A stretch of DNA of 64,000 bases from Centroscyllium fabricii. Lineage: Eukaryota. The stretch spans positions 21,328,001 through 21,392,000 of the forward strand of contig JBNRSN020000029.1 of assembly GCA_051313645.2 (NCBI GenBank), read 5' to 3'. The notes beneath the pieces were generated by a model. That model did no database searches. It was not told where the DNA came from and saw nothing but the letters and a program-made list of their open reading frames with translations. Of the stretch, positions 58,117 to 64,000 are shown one piece after another. A program made the translations under genes and the position numbers. How positions within the stretch are numbered: position 1 is the first letter of the stretch; each line of letters begins with the position of its first letter.

Positions 58117-61100
58117 TTAGGGCAGTGATTTGCCTACACCCTTTGGCAGTTCACAAGTCAAGGATAACTCTGGGCTTAACCTCTCAACTCGACATTGTGC
58201 CGTCTGCTCCTCAGTCAACAGTTCAGGTTCAGGTTTAGGTTCAGGTAAGTATGATGTGGTTTGTCCATTGCTCTGTTCATCACACTCTGTTGAACTGATC
58301 CCCTCATCAGAATGATAGTGTTGTTCCTTGGTGTTCAGGAGGTGCCTGCGGTTGCAACGGTACACCTCTCCTTCTGGGCTGCGGACGTGATATGATCGCT
58401 CTGTGTCACCTGGCTAGAAGACGATTGCCAGCATCCAGTAATCATGCTCCTGGATTCTGAAGGATACTCCATTGTGCAGCGGCGGCAGTGTCTAGCTGAC
58501 CTGTCAAAATATCTCTTTCGGTGTTGCTGTCTCTGTACATGTATTACATGCACTTGCTTGCAGCTGACGAACTCTGGCTGGTTTGTGCTTGGAAGTATTG
58601 AGTGAAGTATGTGGCTTATCAACAGCTGCACTGTTGACTTGAAGATTTCAACCGTCACGTTGCGGTAATCAAGGTGAGTGACATATGCATCTCATTTGTC
58701 TGCGTTGGCTTTGTCCATGAGTGTTTTTGAAATCTGGACAGCTTTTCCAGCAAGGCCATTACTTTGAGGGTAATTTGGGCTTAATGGGACATGTGTGAAA
58801 TCCCATGCCTTGGCAAATGACTCAAACTCTTTTGTCGTGTATTGGGGGCCATTGTCTGAGACTAAAGGCTCTACAATGCCATGCCTGGCAAAGGCTGCCT
58901 TTAGATTGTGGATCACAGCTGCAGATGTGGTGCTGTGAAGCTTATCCAGTTCACAGAATCTGCTTTAGTAGTGAACAGTCATTATGTAGTCCTCTTTGTT
59001 CCATGTGAACAGATACATTGCCGCAGCCTGCCAGGGCCTGTCTGGGATACGGTGAGGTATCATGGGCTTTTTGACATTTGACAGGCAGCGTTCTAGACAA
59101 ATGGAACATTTTCCAACAATGTCCTCAATGCGTTTGCACATTCCTGGCCAACACATACTGTCACATGCTCTTTGTTTGCACTTTCCCATGCCCATATATC
59201 CAGCATGAATTTTTGTCAACATCTCTTCTCTTAGACTGGTAGGGATGATGTTTTTCTCCCCTTTGAAGATGATTCTGTTGTTTTATGATAGTTCATCTCT
59301 GTGGTTACAGAATTCAGATATGCTCTGAGGGCATTTCCTCCTTTCGTCAGGCCATCCTTCATGTATGATTTTGCTCAGTAGTGTGAGTTTTGCATTTTTC
59401 TCTGTTGCTGCTCGGTTCTCCTTCAGTTTTGAGTCACTCACAGATAAGCTGTTGTATACCATGTGCACCTGCACAGCCATGCCTTCACTGACAATGCTGT
59501 CCTCGTAGCTAAGAGACTTTCTGGAGAGTGTGTCTGCAACAGGAATATCTTTGCCTGGACAGTGGATGATTGTGAAGTCGTACTTCTGTAGCTGAAGAAT
59601 CATTCCCTGTAGCTTTGGTGGGGCTGAAGCTTGCGGTTTCCTCATAATTGACTCGAGGGGCTTGCGGTCGGATTCCACAATGACTTGTTGGCCATAGACG
59701 TACTGGTGGACACGTTTACATCTGAAGATAATTGCAAATAGCTCTTTCTCGATTTGAGCATAGTTGATTTCACTATCTGAGAGAGATCTGGAAGCTTAGC
59801 TGATAGACTTTACTTCTTGCAGTAATACTGCACCTAGTCCGTACTTTGACGCATCCACTTTTAGTCTGAGCTCTTTGTTGGGGTCAAAGTTGGCAAGAAC
59901 TGGTCCTGGTACTCTGGTGATTGGTTCTTTCATTTTCTGAAATGTTATGTCATGTGGTTTATCCCACGGCAACTCATTGGATTGTTTGAGCAACCGACGC
60001 ATGGGTGCTTTGATTTTAGAGAGGCTTGGGGTAAACGTGGCTAAGTAGTTAACCTACCCTAGTACTGTCTCTAGATCTGCATGGTTCTACTGCAGCTCCA
60101 TCTTCTTGATGGGGGAGACTTTCTCTGGATCCAGTTTAATTTCATCAGTTGAGAGGCGACGCCCGAAATAACTGACCTCGGTTGATCCGATTATGCTTTT
60201 CTCGGTGTTACGCTGGATACCTTTCTCTGGTGATCTTTGTAGCATCGTGTGGAGGTCCTTGTCATGTTCTGCTCTATTCCTGCCATAAATGAGGATGTCA
60301 TCTATGATTGTGGTTGCTTCGTCGAGGCCTTCATAGGTTTCGCCGATCTTCTATTGGAATTCTTCCTGAGCTGAGATTAGACCAAATAGTAAACACAGAA
60401 ATTGGTAGCTTTCAAAAGGTGTGTTGACTGTTGTTTGCTTAGATGACTCTTCCGTGAGCTTGATAGTCCAATATCCTAATCATGCCTCCATTACACTGAA
60501 GTAACATGCTCCCACCAGCTTGGGTGTGATGTCGTCTAGCGTTGGTAGAGTGTAGTGAGGACGTTTAATAGTCTTGTTCAAATCTCTGGGGTTGAGACAG
60601 ACTCTGATCTTGGCTTTACATGGTTTCTCCATGATCTGTAGCTCCACCTTCAGGCGGTTATGTAGAGCAAGGGGTATCCTTCTCGGTGTGCAAATCACAG
60701 GGGATGCTGGTGGTTCAAGGTAAATAGTGCATACACCTGGGAATAGTCCGATTCCCTTGAAAACGTGAGCAAACTCCACCATGACTGTCTGCTTCACAAC
60801 TGGTGTTGCCAATGATAGCACTAGCTTGACGAGGTCCATGTCTAAATATGCCTTTAGACCTAGCATGAGGTGATGGAGTTTCAAAAATGTAAAAGTCCAA
60901 CATCATGTAGCTTTCTTTGTAATTGCACTTCATCGCGCATGTCGCTTTTACAATGAGCTGCTCACCTCCATAGCTGGTCAGTCTGCGTGAGGTGCACTGT
61001 AGCTCACACGCACCCTTCAAGCTGTGATACTCACTCAGAGGAATTATGTTAACTTGAACTCGTGCCTAGCTTAAATCTAAACTCTGTGCCATGTTTTCCT

Positions 61101-61626
61101 ACCTCGATGTCTGCAAAAGCTTGTTCAGACTCTGAAATCTATTTATTCTGTGACACAGAATCGATAAACAGTTCCTCTGTAATTGTCTCTCTATCTGGCA
61201 TTTGGCTGTCACTCACTGTGTGTACTGCTTTCCCAAAAATCGTTTTGCACACTTTAGCAAAGTGGTTCCGTTTACCACATTTAGCACATTGCCTTCCTCT
61301 GGCAGGGCAATTCTCATTTTCCCGAATAGCCTTGGTTCCACGAAGCCCACAGTTTCTGATTCGTTTCATGTCTGTGTCGCCCATTTTTAGAACTTTCTCT
61401 GTTCTTTCTGTTCTGAAACACGCTCTCTGGGCGGTGTTCTTTGGTGTGTCTTTATTCACTGCATGAACTGTCTGTTCATGCGAGCTGCTCATAGCTATGG
61501 TTTTCAACCGTGCTTGGGCTATCTCGTGCGGTCTAACTATGTCAATAGCTTTGTCCAGCATTAGCCCAGACCCAACATTCAAAAGTTTCTCTCTCACTTT
61601 AGCTGAATGTATTCCAAACACGATGT
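58117..61626 (-). pseudogene. pol: Heavily frameshifted gag-pol
   Basis: Fragmented ORFs 61139-61693, 60480-60884, 59796-60002, 59283-59678, 58965-59222 and 58692-58916 give gag, RT, RH and IN in order. Confidence 0.88.
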
Positions 61627-61874
61627 TGTGGCGGCACGCCCACTGGTGCACCGAATCCGCCACGGAAACTCCGCGGAGCAGAGCCCTGCTCATCCGGGTG
61701 ACGCGATGACATCACCACGTCTGCCGACGCGCTGACGTCACCAACGGCAGGCAGTTTCAATATGCTTGTTGCGAGTGTTTCACTCTCTTTTCCTGTTTAA
61801 CTCTTGTACATTAAACAAGTGTTTTCTCTAGCTCTCTGGCTCACGTGTGGTTCCTAGGCCTTGCCGGCGCTACA
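61627..61874 (+). repeat. 5' LTR, 248 bp
   Basis: TGTGGCG...CGCTACA inverted termini, CRE-like TGACGTCA at 61733-61740, ATTAAA at 61810-61815, followed by a PBS. Confidence 0.85.
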
Positions 61875-61875
61875 G

Positions 61876-61887
61876 TGGTGACCCCGA
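61876..61887 (+). promoter_or_regulatory. Primer-binding site complementary to tRNA-Trp
   Basis: TGGTGACCCCGA, 1 nt after the LTR end, matches the known tRNA-Trp PBS (TGGTGACCCCGACGT...). Confidence 0.85.
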
Positions 61888-61966
61888 ATTGGAACGACAT
61901 CCAAAGGAAAAAAAGCTGCCGCAGGATCAAGGATCACCAGCCAAAGAACATTTTAAAACAGAAAAC

Positions 61967-64000
61967 ATGTCAAGAGCAAGGAATCAAGCTCCACAAACAC
62001 AGGGACTTGGCCAGAACTTCGGACACAGACTAACTCTACCGGAGTTCTGGGAGCAACGGCCAGTGGCCTGGTTTATGTGCATCAAGACCAGCTGCCACAC
62101 ACATGGCATCCAGGGGGACGACCGCTATGACCTGGTCTTCTCAGCCCTACCGCAATCGACGATCGATCGGATGTGGTCAAAAATACAGCGTGTGCCCACT
62201 ACAGGCAGGTACGAATCCCTTAAGGCCGCGCTCACAATTTTTTTTACCCACTCTCAATTTGAGCGTGACTGCCAGCTCCTGGACCTCCCCGAACTCGGGG
62301 ACGCAGACCCATCGGACCTCTTAGGTCAGATGCAAGCGCTTACGGCCAATCCCGCCTCCCTGTTCCGCACCGTCTTCCTCCTTAAACTGCCCCACTCCAT
62401 CAGACTGGCCTTGGCGGCCCTTGGCCAACTGAGTGACGACGAGCTCGCGGAGGAAGCCGACAGGCTCATGGAGGCGCAGCGCACCTGCTCAACCACGTGC
62501 GACCCTAACTCTGCATCGGTAGAGCGCAACCAATCACCCCCCCAGGCCTAACTTTACGCCTGAACCTAGGGCCCTGCGCCCACCCAAGCAACCGCGTCCC
62601 TCTAGCACCGGCTGGTGCTACTACCACACGCGGTTCGATAGCAAAGCGCACCGCTGCATCCAGCCATGCGCATTCAAGCCACGGCCCACTCCAGCCCCCA
62701 CTATGTCTGTAGGACTCACAGGAGCACTGCTCTTTATTACAGACAGAGGCACAGGCCTCAGGTTCCTCTGCGACACAGGCGCGCAGCACAGCATCGTGCC
62801 AGCCTCCCCTGCAGAAACCAAACAAGGCACCCGGGGCCCGCCACTCGCAGCGGCCAACGGCTCCAGTATTAAAACGTATGGCACCCGCAAGCTCATAATT
62901 ACACTTGCAGGCCACACGTACACCTGGGATTTCGTCACAGCCCAGGTCACTTCACCCCTCCTCGGGGCAGATTTCCTCTGCACCTACGGCCTGCTGGTCG
63001 ATGTGACCCGGCGCCGCTTGGTCAACATGCATAACATGTCGACCATCCCATGCTCCACAGGGCCCGCACTCCTGGTCCACGCGGCAACCCAATGCTGCTC
63101 TCGGAACTCCAATGCCTACAGCACACTCCTTGCAGAGTTCCCCGCCCTAACCAACCCCATGTTCACCGCCCGCCAGGCCAAACACGGGGTGGAACACTTT
63201 ATCACTACCACAGGCCCACCCATCCATGCCCACGCCCGCAGCCTCGACCTGGCCAAACAGGAGATTGCGCGCACCGAGTTCCGCACCATGGAGCAAATCG
63301 GTATTATCCGCCGCTCCAACAGCCCATGGGCCTCTCCTCTCCACATAGCCCCCAAGCCAGACGGGGGTTGGCGCCCCTGCGGCGACTACCGCCGCCTAAA
63401 CAATGCCACCACACCGGATAGGTACCCCGTACTACACATCCAGGATCTTTCCGCCAGATTAGCGGGCTGTACGATCTTCTCCAAGATCGACCAGGTGCGT
63501 GGCTACCACCAGGTTCCGGTGCACCCGGCGGACATTCCTAATACGGCCGTCATCACCCCCTTCAGGCTCTTCAAGTTCCACAGGATGCCCTTCGGCCTTA
63601 AAAACGTGGCCCAGGCCTTCCAGCCCCTCATGGACTCGGTCCTACGAGACTTGAAGTTCATTTTCGTCTATTTAGACGACATCCTCGTGGCCAGCACCTC
63701 CCCCCAGGAACACCTCCTGCACCTCAGGACCCTGTTCCAGCGCCTGGCTGAACACGGCCTTATATTAAGCCCTACCAAGTGCAAATTTGGCCTCTCAACC
63801 ATTGACTTCCTCAGCCACCGCATTTCCCAAACAGGGGCCATACTCCTGCCCTCCAAGGTGCAGGCGGTGCAGGAATTTCCCTGCCCGCACTCCATTAAAG
63901 GGCTGCAGGAATTTCTGGGGATGGTCAATTTTTATAACCGTTTTATCCCGGGAGCAGCCGTTCTCATGGCCCCCTTATACCAGGCCACACGCGGGCAGTC
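61967..64000 (+). pseudogene. pol: gag-pol of the CsRn1-like element (disrupted; truncated by the window edge)
   Basis: CYYHTRFDSKAHRCIQPC at 62616-62669, FLCDTGA (DTG at 62772-62780), WRPCGDYRRLN, YLDD at 63669-63680; stop at 62549-62551. Confidence 0.88.

Larger units (their letters stand above)
57755..61626 (-). mobile_element. Decayed Gypsy LTR retrotransposon on the minus strand, interrupted in gag by a CsRn1-like element
   Basis: Gag knuckle CAKCGKRNHFAKVC; RT IRVCLNPRDLN and TIIDDILIYG; RH VDASKYGLGAVLLQ; IN LVSDNGPQY and SPNYPQSNGLA; minus-strand PPT AAAAGAAAGGGGA at 57978-57990. Confidence 0.9.
61627..64000 (+). mobile_element. CsRn1/Kabuki-clade Gypsy element (5' part; runs off the right edge)
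   Basis: 5' LTR, tRNA-Trp PBS, gag LPEFW...P.AWF, CHCC motif, protease DTG and RT YLDD. Confidence 0.88.

Noticed and set aside
61139-61693. 184-aa ORF as an intact protein
   Set aside because: It is a chance fusion of antisense LTR sequence with the interrupted gag.

Overview
Non-genic, repeat-dominated eukaryotic DNA. It is most likely from a cartilaginous fish, inferred from HE1-like V-SINEs carrying CR1-derived tails. No host gene is supportable. About 55 kb (2288-57754) is a unidirectional, G-rich 22-bp satellite (consensus GGGACCGGKTGCTAAGGGCCAT), arranged in four multi-kb higher-order copies plus an older, more decayed distal zone. Retroelements in or beside it: five Gypsy/Ty3 LTR elements or fragments (one CsRn1-like, one three-LTR chimera), an ERV-like solo LTR, CR1 fragments, V-SINEs and two RTEX-like LINE 3' ends. 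The best novelty candidate is the Gypsy family at 30653-36571. It has no tRNA primer-binding site; instead a 13-nt sequence there is complementary to its own LTR poly(A)-signal region, alongside LTR hairpins with compensatory changes, a YLDN RT active site and a YY1-motif coding minisatellite. Most ORFs in the supplied track are satellite artefacts. All coordinates and alignments were read by eye and no database searches were run.
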